Source of the DNA: Octopus sinensis
Lineage: Eukaryota
Reading direction: 5' to 3'
Assembly (NCBI RefSeq): GCF_006345805.1
Contig: NW_021832551.1
Location: 1 to 64,000, forward strand
Length of the DNA: 64,000 nt
Positions within the stretch are counted from its first letter, which is position 1, and every line of letters starts with the position of its first letter. Under the pieces are notes generated by a model, which had not been told where the DNA came from, did not search any database, and saw only the letters and a list, made by a program, of their open reading frames with translations. Below, piece after piece: positions 1 to 12,954 of the stretch. The position numbers and the translations under genes were made by a program.

Positions 1-539
1 AATAACAGAGAGCATATTTTTTTTTGTTTGTTTCTCTGTTTATTTTTTTCTTGTTACTTCGTCACTGATCACATCGATTTCGTATCGATTTTATCTGGGA
101 TTTAATGTTCGTGTGATCATCACTCTTAAAGGTCATCAACATCATCATCATCAACGTCATCATTATCATCGTCATCATCACCATCGTAACCGTTATTATT
201 GATGTTATTTATTGTAATCATCCTCATCCTCCTCCTCATCATCATCATCACTATCATCATCATCACCATCATTATCATCCTCGTTATTTCTATCATTATT
301 ATTATTTTATTGTGGTTGTTATTTGTCAGAAAGCATTATCATTGAAAATTTTCAGAATTCAACATCATCATCGTAGTCGTCGTCGTCGTCATCGCTGTCG
401 TACATGTCATTGTCATCGCCAGCAGAATCGTTAGAACATTAGACAAAATACGTTGTGGTATTTCTTCCGACTCTAATTTTTGAGTCAGTTTCACTCCCAC
501 CGAGATCAATTTTTATCTTTGATATTTTGGCGGTCGATG

Positions 540-1200
540 AAAGAAATGACAACAGATCACTGGTGCCGATTGCTATCGCATGTGGAATGGATCTGTCTGT
601 CGACTGAGTTCGTAGTGATGACTGCACCACCACCCGACTTCAATCGGGCAAGCAAGGCAGTTTTCCTTTGCCTGGTGGCTGTGGCGAAAGAAGTTGTTTG
701 GTGCACAAGGCTGAAATGCACGAGGACAGATACATTCCTCTTTGGCAGAGCTCTCATTGACTTTTTCAAGTTTCACTTGAAAACGAAATTGAGAGTAGCA
801 AGGGAAGTGCTGTCCCCGGGTGAGTTTATTGAAAGGTGGGTGAAAGTTGCAAAAACGGTAAGAGTGGATGGTCCCTCTCTGTGTGTAGACCTGTGAGTCA
901 GAGAGAAGGAATTGGAGAGGGCGTTTGCTCCTAGGGATTCAGGAAAATCTCTGACAGTGGGGTTCCTCGATTATCCCTAGAGGCGTTCCTGTATCAGGAG
1001 GGCCACATCTCTATCATCCTCTTCCCCTGTTTTTCTTTTGTTTATCTTTGTATGCTATGCGTATGTCCCTTCATTTCCGGTGTATACCGTTTATTCTTGA
1101 TTTTATATTTTCTTTTATCATTACATATCAACCCCACCAACACTTTATGTCTGTATCTGTATTGTCCCCCTCATCCTTCGCCCCTGAGGCAAATAATTGA
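540..1200 (+). mobile_element. 5'-truncated Tx1/L1-clade LINE (ORF2 C-terminus plus 3' UTR) ending in an (ATC)n tail
   Basis: ORF 480..896 reads AVFLCLVAVAKEVVWCTRLK...FIERWVKVAK, homologous to the element at 4398-5615. The 3' UTR ends in AATAATTGAA directly followed by (ATC)n. Confidence 0.8.
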
Positions 1201-1620
1201 AATCATCATCATCATCATCATCATTATTATTATTACTATTATTACAGCAACATCGTTATCATCGTTATCATCGTTATCATCCGCATCATCTTCTTCCACA
1301 TCGTTATCATCTTCATCGTCGTCGTCGCTATTATCATCATCATCATCATCATCATCATCATCGTCATCATCGTCATCATCATCCTCATCATCATCATCAT
1401 CATCACCATCATCATCATCATCGTCATCATCATCATCGTCATCATCGTCATCATCATCATCATCTTCATCATCATCACTATAATCATTATCATCATCATC
1501 ATCATCATCATCATCACCGTCCTTGCCACCATCACCATCGCCACCACCATCACCACCGTCATCACCGCCACCATCACCATCAGCGCCACCTCAACCATGA
1601 CCACCACCTTCACCACGACC
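1201..1620. repeat. (ATC)n/(ACC)n trinucleotide array
   Basis: Direct reading; source of the spurious poly-His/Ser/Met ORFs. Confidence 0.95.
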
Positions 1621-1987
1621 AACGCCATATTTTTCCTGTTTAATGCAAGTGTTTCACAGCATTACATTTATGTACGACATCGTTTTACGGGAATAAAGGA
1701 TTGCGTTCATATAACTTAGATCAATTTTGTTTGTTTTGTTTTCCCCCCCGTTCTTGTGAGATTTGGTTTGTTGTTTCGGTTGTTATTTTCGTTGCTATTT
1801 TAGCCTGTTTGCTTGCTATGCAGAATGAGCACATTAACATTATGGGTTGTGTTTGTTTCACTGGGTGCTGTTTGTGTTTGTAATGTGTTGTGTGCTTACT
1901 AGGTTGTTTATCTTTTGCTGTTGGACGATGTTTCTGAAGAATATAGGATGCATGGGCTGTATTATATAAATGGCAGACCATTGTCAG

Positions 1988-2070
1988 TACACCTTCTCCT
2001 CGACTTACGACCGAGTTCTGTTCCGACGGACAGGTCGTAAGTCGAACTGGTCGTATGTCGGATTTATAAA
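1988..2070. mobile_element. pogo/Tigger (Tigger4/Zombi-like) terminal fragment with internal hairpin
   Basis: TACACCTTCTCCTCGACTTACGACC...GGTCGTAAGTCGA. The 13-bp inverted repeat (2000-2012/2033-2045) has the architecture of Tigger4-type ends. Confidence 0.5.
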
Positions 2071-2221
2071 TTTCAACACTATTTTCATTCAAACGCAACC
2101 GGTGCTTGGAAGCGATTGAGTGAGAGATAGTGGCAGGCAGTGGGATGCCTGGGTCTGAGAGAGGCCTGTCTTGCCAGATGCTACCATAATTATAGTACTA
2201 GCATTCTTTCCGGTAATGTAA

Positions 2222-2680
2222 AGATCAGAATCCTACTGTCTCACATATGACCTTCCAGCAGCAACCCTCTCCAGCCATATAACTGTCTGAATGAAGCTTA
2301 AGGTCCTATTTTGTACTTGTTGGATGAAATCCGGGCACAATCAGAACGCCTGATATTTTCACTTCATGATGACCACGGCTTCGTGATCTCCATTGCAGCT
2401 GTTTATGTCACGCCTTACACTTTTACAGTGTTCACTGCATATTGAGCAGCAGTCAAGATGTCGGCATTTCGATACTTGTTGCGAATCACCATGACACAAG
2501 TAACTATTTTTCAATATGCAGATGGTTTCCACTCCTCCATGTCAGCTAATTTTTTTCTCAACTACATCTTAAATCTTTCTGCTCTCCAACGCCGCTGATT
2601 ATTCTACAACACAGCAAGCTGTTCCTGCAAAAGAGAAACATACAGAAAAATTCATCAAATTTATTCCAAACACGCTATAT
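2222..2680 (-). pseudogene. maT/DD37D-like Tc1/mariner transposase remnant (N-terminus plus WLERVAAGRSYV block, internally deleted)
   Basis: Minus strand reads LADMEEWKPS...NADILTAAQ and LERVAAGRSYVRQ*DS; aligns with the copies at 11.35 kb and 24.6 kb. Confidence 0.75.
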
Positions 2681-3347
2681 ATTTCTTCAAATGTTTTACA
2701 ACCCTTTGGTATGAAATGTTTTGCATTGTATGTTAAAACCTTTGTGCCCAATACAGGAACAATTATTATTAACAGTAACAGTAATAAATAGTGTCATTAC
2801 AACTCTTATTGCTATTTAGATAGCATTACAGATTGATCAAGCTACATTTTGACTTTGCTTTTCTGTTTTTTAACATTACATGTCACATCAAAACAACTGT
2901 GAAGAAAATTTTACGCACACACACACATATATACACACGAATAACACCAATACATTTTCTAAGCAATATCGTGATGATACCTCACATGTTACACAGATAG
3001 CTGAGATATCGTTTCGCTTTGTATTCTCCCTTTTATTAATATATCTCGCGCGTACCATCAGCGTATATATTTCTTTCCCGTGCATTGATAAAATCTCTCG
3101 TATCAGCAAACGTATTACCCATTTTCATTTCTGATATCACACGTATATAAATATGGTTTTTTACTGTTAATGCTGTTGTTATTGAAGTATTTGTTGTTGT
3201 TGCTGTTGTTGTTGTTGTTATTTTGCACATACTCGATGAAATACACATTTCTGCAAAATATCTTTGTAATAGGCATCAAGATAAACAACTTAAACACATA
3301 TTTACACGCGCAAAATTACAGTCATTCATACATATATGCATGCACGC

Positions 3348-3431
<84 letters not shown>

Positions 3432-3432
3432 C

Positions 3433-3499
<67 letters not shown>

Positions 3500-3700
3500 C
3501 TATCACTCTATCTCTCTCTTTCTTTATATATATATATATGTGTGTGTGGTGTGTGTGTGTGCATGTATGTATGTATATGTATGTATGTATGTATATATAT
3601 ATATATATATTATATTTATATATATATATATATAAGAGAGAGAGAGAGAAAGAGAGAGAGACAGAGAGACAGAGGGGGAGAGGGAGAGAGAGAGATGAAT
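3348..3700. repeat. (TATC)n, (TA)n and (GA)n compound microsatellite
   Basis: Direct reading. Confidence 0.95.
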
Positions 3701-3760
3701 AGAAAGATAGATTCACACACACGCATACACACATGCATTCATATGCTTATCATTATTTGT

Positions 3761-3811
<51 letters not shown>

Positions 3812-4022
3812 AACATGTATGTGTGTGAAAGAGAGTGTGCATGTCTGTGTGTGTGCGCGCGCGTGAGACAAATAATTTTGAATAAACAACAACACGAAAC
3901 AAATATGTAGCATCACGTCATATTAAAATGGTTAACTAATGATTGAGTATATGAATAAAATTTTAACACACACACACACACATATATATGTGTGTGTGCG
4001 TGTGTATATATATGTGTGTTTG

Positions 4023-4053
<31 letters not shown>

Positions 4054-4130
4054 TTTGTGCGTATATATACATACAAGCATGCATACATACATACACACAC
4101 ACTCTCTCTCACACACACATACACACACAA

Positions 4131-4170
<40 letters not shown>

Positions 4171-4184
4171 GACCACACACAAGA

Positions 4185-4316
4185 GGGGTTGCTGAAAAAT
4201 TCCTTTATTTTAAGAGTGACGCGATAGGCTTGACTGTAGGCCTAAATTTCTCGGTTCTTTTACAGGCCTTAGAAAAAAAGATTCTTCTGTATATTCTTTA
4301 ACCCAAAACCAAGAAT
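4185..4316 (+). mobile_element. degenerate mariner-derived MITE (same family as 5814-6033)
   Basis: GAGGGGTTGCTGAAAAATTCC matches the left TIR; the internal GTTCTTTTACAGGCCTTAGAAAAA block matches the 5814 copy. Confidence 0.55.
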
Positions 4317-4397
<81 letters not shown>

Positions 4398-4400
<3 letters not shown>

Positions 4401-5615
4401 GTTTCTTTATTGGCCACACAGGGCTGCACACAGATGGGACAAGTTACAAGGTAGAGCTTTTCTTTTGGGGGATGAAATAAAGGGGGTGGCGTAGGTTCTC
4501 GATCAAGAGGGATCGTAAAAGGGAAGAAAAAGAAAAAAAAAATAAATAAATAAATAAATAGAATAAAAAATAAAAAGAATAAAAGGAAAAAAAAAGGGAA
4601 AAGGAACAAAAGAAAAGAGAAATGAAGAAAGAAGAAAAAAGGGGGAAAAAGGGAAGAGGAAAAAAAAAAAAAAACGATCAATAGGGATCGTGTATCACAG
4701 TGTTATGATATATGGTGTAAAGGGGAAAGCAAGTAAGGTTTATCCGTGGGAAGAAAAGCCTACGAAAAAGACGGTAATCTTGGTCAATATTGTTATATGT
4801 TACCACATTTGTTTGCAAGTGGGTAACCCTCTGTTTTCAATTTCTGGGTTCATAGGATTATGCTCAAGGTGGCTTCGTCATTCATACGTGCCATCCTTGC
4901 TACATTCACCCATCTATTTTTAAAACATTCGCTAGACAACACTTGCCTCTCTACTCTCACTTTCCTTTTCAAGTGGTACTTGAAGAGTTGATGAGAGATT
5001 GACCAGAGAGGAAAGTGTTGTCTCCAATCCTTTCAGACGCGTCCACCAGATACATTCTTTCGCCATAGCCACAGGATGATGAAAATAGCTCTTCCTTCCC
5101 GTTTGAAGGAAGGGGGCGTGACAAATATTGACGATAGACTCAGCTGATAACCGACTCGTCCCACACGTGACAGCAGTTGTGTTCGACACAAGCCACAGGT
5201 CGGAAATTGTTGGACACTGCACGATGCGTGCAGAACGGTTTCGTCGCTCTGACCGCATCTCGGGCAGGTCGGCCCCGTGTTTCTCGAGCCGTGTCTGTAG
5301 AGCTCCCGAACGGGTAGCGGTTCTCGGAACACTGCCAGGCCAGGGATCTCTGGAAGTTGTCCATGGGCCTGCCCGAAAGTCTTCCTGAACAAGCGGGTCA
5401 GGTACTCCTCGTCGACGTCCAGGTTTGCCCCGAGCTCGTCGTCGTACCTCCCCTCCACTAATCCCCTATAGAATGCTTTGGTTGTGTTGAAGTCACTCAA
5501 GGTCGACCCAGGACGGCAGAGTTGCTTGAGAGCAACGCGACACTCGCGGTGCCATTCGCCCTTCCTCGGCCTCTTTTTGATCCACGACTACAGTTCGGTC
5601 ATGGAGACGAGCTGC
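4398..5615 (-). mobile_element. 5'-truncated Tx1/L1-clade LINE with zf-RVT-like C-terminus, frameshifted, inserted in (TATC)n
   Basis: CPRCGQSDETVLHA zinc knuckle; AIFIILVAMAKECIWWTRLKGL; AATAAA followed by a (TATC)n tail (4317-4398); the 5' junction at ~5615 is also in (TATC)n. Confidence 0.85.
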
Positions 5616-5813
5616 GAGATAGATAGATAGATTATATTAATTATTTGCACGATCACAATTGAATCGACACCAATTTAGTGCCGAGAATAGCATATCTGTG
5701 TATGAGCATTTTATATGGACACTCACGCATATTTTAATGTATATATACGGAATCGTCCCATCATCTACAAACATATACGCATGAAAATACCAATATACCC
5801 ATCAATATAAATA

Positions 5814-6033
5814 TACGAGGGGTGGTGAAAAGTTCCTGGCTGTAAGGGTATCGTGAAAGGCCTGGTTAAAGCTCTAATCTTCCGAGTTCTTTTGCAGGGC
5901 TCAGAAAAAGTGAAGGACCTCTGCAATAAGTGCGCGAATCTGAGAGGAAACTATGTTGAATGAAGTCACAATTAAATCATCCTCCTGTATTTTATTTTAC
6001 CCAAGGACCGGAACCATTCAGCGTCTCCTCGTA
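5814..6033 (+). mobile_element. mariner-derived MITE, 220 bp
   Basis: Imperfect TIRs TACGAGGGGTGGTGAAAAGTTCC / GGAACCATTCAGCGTCTCCTCGTA with TA ends. The interior encodes a mariner C-terminus-like GLRKVKDLCNKCANLRGNYVE*. Confidence 0.75.
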
Positions 6034-6178
6034 CATATGTAGGAGAAATCATACACAGACTCCCTCTAGCATGTAGTCTCACGGTCGACGGTCACCCGAC
6101 CGTCAACGAGCTGAAGTCAGCATATACTCTTTATGAGCCAAATCTTAAATATTTAATTTTAAATTTAAATTTTAACAT

Positions 6179-6261
6179 ACCTGACGAAAGCAGTTATGTT
6201 TTTTCCTGATGTAATTGATTTGTTCATGAATAAAAAAAAACGTGCCTGAAACAGCTGTAGT
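6179..6261 (+). ncRNA. degenerate hammerhead-like motif with a long stem-II loop
   Basis: CTGACGA-AAGCA(50 nt)TGCCT-GAAA-CAGCTG-T-A; stem I has only 2 bp. Confidence 0.35.
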
Positions 6262-6424
6262 TAATCTCCACCCATTTGTGTTCCTACTTAACATTTGTGA
6301 GATAAACATTTGTGTGTGTATGTGTGTGGGCGTTTGAGTTTGTGTGTGTGTGTGTGTGTGTGTGTAGTTATATATGTGTGTGTGATGTGCTTCCGCATAG
6401 TTTCTGTCTTCAAGAATGATTCAG

Positions 6425-6515
6425 GTTTTGGTGAGCACGAGGTTATTTGTTAAAACTCTAGTTCTAAATCCTAGACCACTTCTCTGGAAATCGAAATTCG
6501 TAACCACACCAGGCC
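6425..6515 (-). mobile_element. degenerate tRNA-derived SINE head
   Basis: GGAAATCGAAATTCG reads as a B-box-like GTTCGATTCC on the minus strand; highly decayed. Confidence 0.35.
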
Positions 6516-6549
6516 TGCACCGACATTCATTCATACATACATACATACA

Positions 6550-6581
<32 letters not shown>

Positions 6582-7649
6582 GACAGATATAGAAATAGAC
6601 ATGCAGACAGATAGGCAGATAAGCAGACAACTCGAATGATAGATGAGAGATGAGAGATACGTAGATATATATATGGATGGATGGATGGATAGATAGATAA
6701 ATAGATAGATTTATCGATAGATAGGCAGATAGATAGATAGATACATACATACATACATTCATACATACATACGTACGTACGTACATACATACATACATAC
6801 ATACATACATACATACATACATACATACATACATACATACATACATGTGGAAATTATTCCTGTTTAGGTTTTTCTCTTAGTATCATGCATTTGTTAATGT
6901 TCGTACATCTACTAAATATGAGCTGCATACAGAGAAAGGCATAGGTTATTCCCCTGTAAATTCACGACAACGATTGACTCCCCCATCTCACCCCGTGTTT
7001 CATACATCATATGGAGGCAATTACGTAACTTTTTTCATAAAAATTGTCTCTTGGCTGAGTTTCCAGTTTCGTGGACGAGAGAAGAAAGCTAAGAAAGCAA
7101 AAATGTTTTGTTTTTCTCGTGTGACTCAAAAACCGTGTTAATACAATTACACTGAAATTTGCTTCGTATTTCCCGTTTCTTCACTCTATATCTATAAATA
7201 GACTGTTATGCATTCAAGCGCTTCATCAGTATAGAATAACAAGGTGTCAATTCTCAAGCCTTGTACAGTTTTGGACTCTGGTATTGAAATTATTTCCTCG
7301 CTTGTAAAAGCAGCTAATAATTGTGTAATACAGTTGAGAGCGAAGTACATTATACTTTCCTCTTTTGGATTTCGTGTTGCTTCACTCACTCTATCTACAA
7401 ATGATAACGAGCTTTATCTGTAGACATTTAATATCTTCGGAGCGTCTAACTGTTTAGTACTATCGGCATAAATTGAGAGGATGGGTGTGTTGGTAACTGA
7501 GGTTATGTCTCATAGATAGTACAAATGAGATTAGCACCGATACAGCACATGATGTTATACATTTCGGGAGAGACAGATAGAAAGAACGGAGAGAAGGAAG
7601 AAAGAAACAAAGAAAGAAAGAAAGAAAGAAGGAAAGGAAGAAGGGAAGA

Positions 7650-7685
7650 AAAAATGGTGAGAGCTTCATTCAGCTGCAACATTAG

Positions 7686-7717
<32 letters not shown>

Positions 7718-8135
7718 TGTATGTATGTATGTATGTATGTATGTATGTATAGTTGCTTCCCAACAGAGATTCGATGATTTTCCGTCACAATAAAAATAAC
7801 ACTCGTCCAAGATCTTGTAATTGTAGATGCCCTGATAACTGTCCCTTGAACTATATGTGCCGTGAAAACGAACATATGTACAAGCCCAGCATCGCGAACA
7901 AGAACACAGCAGTAAAAACTTACACTGGAATGAGTGGAAACAACTTTTGGGAGAGATATACTCAGCACTTGGTTTTGTTCTGAACAAAAGCAATACATCC
8001 TTTGTTCAATATCGTATGGACCCTTAAAGAGAGGACCGTCGACAACTCCCATATAAATTTGAGCATCATAGCTAAGGTCAACAAATGTGAACTCTGTATC
8101 ACAGAAACATTAAATGTCAGATTATTGGTTTCAAA
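7650..8135 (+). pseudogene. Penelope-like element GIY-YIG endonuclease remnant interrupted by (TATG)n
   Basis: SCFPN..SMIFRHNK..CNCRCPDNCPLNYMC..YKPSI..YTGMSGNNFWERYTQHLVLF..KCELCITE matches the PLE Cys-linker plus GIY-YIG pattern. Confidence 0.8.
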
Positions 8136-8149
8136 TTTTGGCACCGAGA

Positions 8150-8337
8150 CAGTAAGTTCGGAGGAGGTGGTATGTCGTCTACTTCAACTCCAGTACTCTA
8201 CCGGGGATTATTTTATCGACTCCGAAAGGATGGAAAACAAAGTCGACCTCGGCTAAATTTGAAAACAATGGAAATACGGATGAAATGCTGATAAGCATTT
8301 ACTCCGGCGTGCTTACGATACTACCAGATCGCCGCCT
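8150..8337 (-). mobile_element. tRNA-derived SINE, family A (head GGCGGCGAGCTGGCAG)
   Basis: Reverse complement of the head and of the core GTCGACTTTG..CATCCTTTCGGAGTCGATAAAAT. Confidence 0.8.
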
Positions 8338-9248
8338 TATTAAATATCATAATATTAACAGTGACTATTAGGGAAGAATCGTTCTCCACTTCCATGCACA
8401 AAGAACAATTCATATTTTGAAATTTGAATATATTCCCTCACCCACCTTACAACCTATCCAGCTTGGGTTAATATTTTGGCTACCTGTCATATGCGCTACA
8501 GGCATATAACCACCAGGAACTCATGGTGGATTTTTGAAGTACATCTCACACGATTCACAATTATATGTAAAAACTAGCAGTATATATATATATATATATA
8601 TATTATTATATATATATATAATATAATATAACATGAATATATATGGGCAAAGACACGAAAACACATTACACACACGGTACGTACACTAGGCATGTTTGTG
8701 CACGCATACATGTTCATAAACAGAAATGAATGGAAAATATGTTGTTAAATTTGTAGATTAACACTCACACGATTTTCACTGAAGTATATATACTATGATT
8801 ATACTATATAGTGTCTTTCAAAAATGAAAAACAAAACATTTTACATTTTATTTTTTATGAACGTCATAACTTACTCTCTCTCTCTCTCTCCCCTCTCTCC
8901 TTCCCTCTCACACTTTGTCTTTTCCGTGAAACTCTCTGCCTCCTTCCACTTTTCTTTTTTTTTTTTTTTGTTAGATACCATCAAAAAAGTCAAGGTTGAT
9001 ATTTTTCGTGGCTAAAAGTTATATCTGAAAATAGATATTTACGCTACCCACGGGTGCCTCGGGGAAAAAATAAGTTGACAAAACCCAGACAGGATGTTGA
9101 CAAATGTTCTCCTAAAATTGGAGCGACATGCGTGCTAATTTGTGGAGTGCATAAATTACAATCTTGTACACACACACATCCTCCCTTTTATAGATATGAT
9201 ATACATACATACATACATATACATACATACATACACACACATATACAT

Positions 9249-9305
<57 letters not shown>

Positions 9306-9347
9306 CACACATCTATACATATAAAACTGTATATATATATGTACATA

Positions 9348-9385
<38 letters not shown>

Positions 9386-11010
9386 TGTGTGTGTGTGTGT
9401 ATACATACATACATAAATACATATATATATATATATTATATATATATGTAGATGTAAAAAAAATACAAACTGGGACAAGAACGTAAAACATTTAGAAGGT
9501 GATACAAAAAACATGTACGGGACATTCGAAGCCTTCAATCTTCAGTCAAGAACCGGATCATCTTCGCAATTTCGGCAGATTAATCTTGACACATACATCT
9601 ATACATATAAATTTCTATATATATGTACATATGTTTATATGTATATATGTATGTATATATATATACATATATATATGTATATATATACACACATATGTAC
9701 ATATATATATATACATATATATATGTATATATATATATACATACATATATACACACACACATATATATATACATACATATATATATGTGTGTGTGTATGT
9801 ATGTATATAACAGCTGAAATACTACCCATGAAAATGATTTTTAGTATGCAAAATGTTACACAAACAAATTTTCGTATACTATTTTTGTAGTTAGACGTGT
9901 TATTTTCTCGGCGCTAGACTTGAACAATGAATGATAAAAGATAGAAGAATGCTGAAAATTTCTCTGCAGGAATAATGCACAAGAATATGAATGAATGGCT
10001 TAGCTGATATGGAAGAACAAATAGGATTTATTCACGTATTTTTAGAATATATCGCATATTTTCGTAAACAATAGCTTTGGTGATACTTTTGTGTGTGCAT
10101 GTGTGCGTGTTCATGTGTGTGTGTATGTGTGATAGCATTAAAAGTTAAGTGTTAAGTTCACACATAAGCACAATTTAAGACGGAAAATAGCTTGACAGGA
10201 TCACCTACTAGAATTCAGAGACGTATCTGCCGAAAAGTTGTTACATTGCGGCAACTGTTACATCAAATCTATTCGACACCACCCGCCATCGATTTAGCAA
10301 AATCTAGAATTACCACTGGATCAGCTACCATTGTTTGCCACCATTTGTATCACGCACATTTTATTGGTGTTCTTGATAGTCTCATAAATCCTAATGAAGA
10401 GGTCGTCTGCTCTCAATCAGTTAATAGAATCTTCCATTTGGCTTTATTTTTAAGCTTCGCCTTGCACATACTTCTTTTAAGCGAACTATATCTTGACTAA
10501 CCAACCAAATATAAGTGAGAGGTACAGTTCTAAGCAGAGCAATATTCTGAGGAAAGCGAACCCCATATGGATGGGAATTCGTCATTTAGCTGAATAGCGC
10601 GTGCAGCTTTAGTGCAAGCAATGTCTATTTACACAACGACTGGAAAAGCTATATCTAGGGAAGTTCTTTGCCAAATACCCAACTGTCTTTCTTTCTTTCT
10701 TTCTTTCTTTCTTCTTTTTCTTCTTTTTCTTTTTCTTTCTTCTATCCTCCATCTATCTATCTATCTATCGTTCTTTCTTTCAAGTTATAAATTTCAATGA
10801 CAATAGAACTGCACCAGTGGCTATCAGTACAGAGCGGTCGAGAATATATTATATATATATATATATAGTATATATATATATGTACGTATGTAGTATTTAT
10901 GTATGTATATGTATATATATATAAATATATATATATATGTATGTATATATATATATATATATATAATAGATATATATATATTATATATGCATACATAAAT
11001 ACATACATAA

Positions 11011-11041
<31 letters not shown>

Positions 11042-11122
11042 TATATATACATATATATACATATATATATGTATGTATTTATGTATGAATGTGTATATAT
11101 ATATATACGTACATATATATAT

Positions 11123-11161
<39 letters not shown>

Positions 11162-11175
11162 GTGTGTGTGTGTGT

Positions 11176-11215
<40 letters not shown>

Positions 11216-11349
11216 TATGTATATAGACACAGTATTCGGGATGAATTTCACAGTTTACATAAAAGGAAATGAAAACACAATATCCCATCCCAAAATGAAA
11301 GTATTTTTCAAAAGATCAAAAAATATTAACAAGATTATGGCTGAGAGAT

Positions 11350-11975
11350 AACAGTTTACTCTAAGTAGCCACTTTCATTTCCCACCATGGCTTCAAGATT
11401 CTCCGAAATCTGGCGCAAACATACCTCACTGTCCTTGAGAAAATCTACGAACCCTTCTCCAATTTTTGCCTCCAGCTTGGCCTTATTCTTGTAGGCAAAT
11501 GGGTAGTTTGTTTCTTTACCTCGCCCTGCATGTAGTCGGGGAGAAGTTGGAGACCAGAAGTTCGGGTTGGTGAAGTCATAGAAATTCTCCGACGGCCATT
11601 CCTGACTCTTTTCGACGGTAGGGCAAGGACCCAAATCCTTCTGCCACACATGGCCTTCTCGTAGGAATCCCTTACAACCAGGTTTTGACCATACAGTCCA
11701 GCAACTTCACGTAGCCATCTGAATTGAATATGAGGTCATGTTCAAGGCTCTGCGGCTGCATGACTAGAGACACACGCAAAAATCACCACAGTTTTGGTGA
11801 TCTTGGTTTTTATGATATACATACATGTCTTACAACCGTTGCAATTTCCACAGAGCATGAAGTAGCAGTCATAATGCTTGTAGGCTTTTAGTCCTTCATT
11901 TCAACTAACTTCTTCTCAGCTACAACTTTAATCGTTATGCTCTCCAACACCGTTAACTGTTGTTCCCTATAAAAA
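11350..11975 (-). pseudogene. maT/DD37D-like transposase remnant
   Basis: NSDGYVKLL..VWQKD....EKSQEWPSENFYDFTNPNFWSPTSP..KAKLEAKI..ENLEAMVGNESGYLE*; has frameshifts and stops. Confidence 0.85.
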
Positions 11976-12216
11976 AGAGACATGAAATCGTCTAATTTAT
12001 CTCGAATACAGCTTATATATGTATATATATCTGTCTGTCTGTCTGTCTGTCTGTCTGTATGTATGTATGTATGTATGTATGTATGTATGTATTGTGTGTG
12101 TGTCTATGTATGTATGTATGTATGTATGTATGTATGTATGTATGTATGTATGTATATAGTATCTATCTATCTATCTATGAAGGTATGAATGTATATATAT
12201 ATGTATATAATATATA

Positions 12217-12260
<44 letters not shown>

Positions 12261-12380
12261 AATATATATATGTATTATTATATGCGTGTATGTGTATGAG
12301 TATGTATGTAGATAGATAGAATAGTACACCTACTCATATAAACAACATACATAGCACGTGTGTAAATATCTATGTATATA

Positions 12381-12416
<36 letters not shown>

Positions 12417-12784
12417 TATATCCACACACGCATATACATATACATATGCATATATATATATATATATATACATAAATATACAGTTAACGCCATTGAAGAA
12501 TCAGAATAGCATAATAACGCTGTTAAGAAATCGAGTTATATGTAAAAAAAACAGACTTAGTATTGAGCTGGGATAGAAATTGTTTTTAAACACAAATTAT
12601 GGTTAATAAATATTGTTTATTTATACAGCTCATTATTGGGTTATTTATTCGCAGAAACAGAAGTTAAAATAAATAAGAACTATAGCATTTTCATAGCTCA
12701 AAAGAATTATTTGTTAAATCATTTCGACATGAAAGAATCCTTTCTATTCTAGGTACTAGGCCTGGATTTTTTTTTTTTTTTTTG

Positions 12785-12855
12785 ACTGGTACTTATTTTA
12801 TCGACCCCTAAAAGTGTCGATAAAGTGCAGGTGTCTTGGGAGAAATTTCGAACCC
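12785..12855 (-). mobile_element. SINE family A core fragment
   Basis: ACTGGTACTTATTTTATCGACCCC. Confidence 0.55.
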
Positions 12856-12922
12856 GGGTTCTTATCTAAGGTTTTTCGATGTGGTTATATTATTATATTA
12901 TTATATATTATTATTTTTATTA

Positions 12923-12954
<32 letters not shown>

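Noticed and set aside
1721-2098. 125-aa minus-strand ORF
   Set aside because: TTG start, runs through a transposon TIR and an AAAC-rich tract; no recognisable family.
2610-2640. Strong minus-strand splice acceptor suggesting a host terminal exon
   Set aside because: The downstream sequence is the leader and N-terminus of the maT transposon, shared with the 24.7-kb copy.
9495-9590. CTGAAGA/GCCGAAA motifs here and in the related copy at 36150-36290
   Set aside because: Probably a pLTR-like repeat, but no complete HHR (GAAA plus stem III plus UH plus stem I) can be drawn.
10190-10500. 102-aa ORF and a minus-strand VILDFAKS RT-like word
   Set aside because: Too degenerate to assign.
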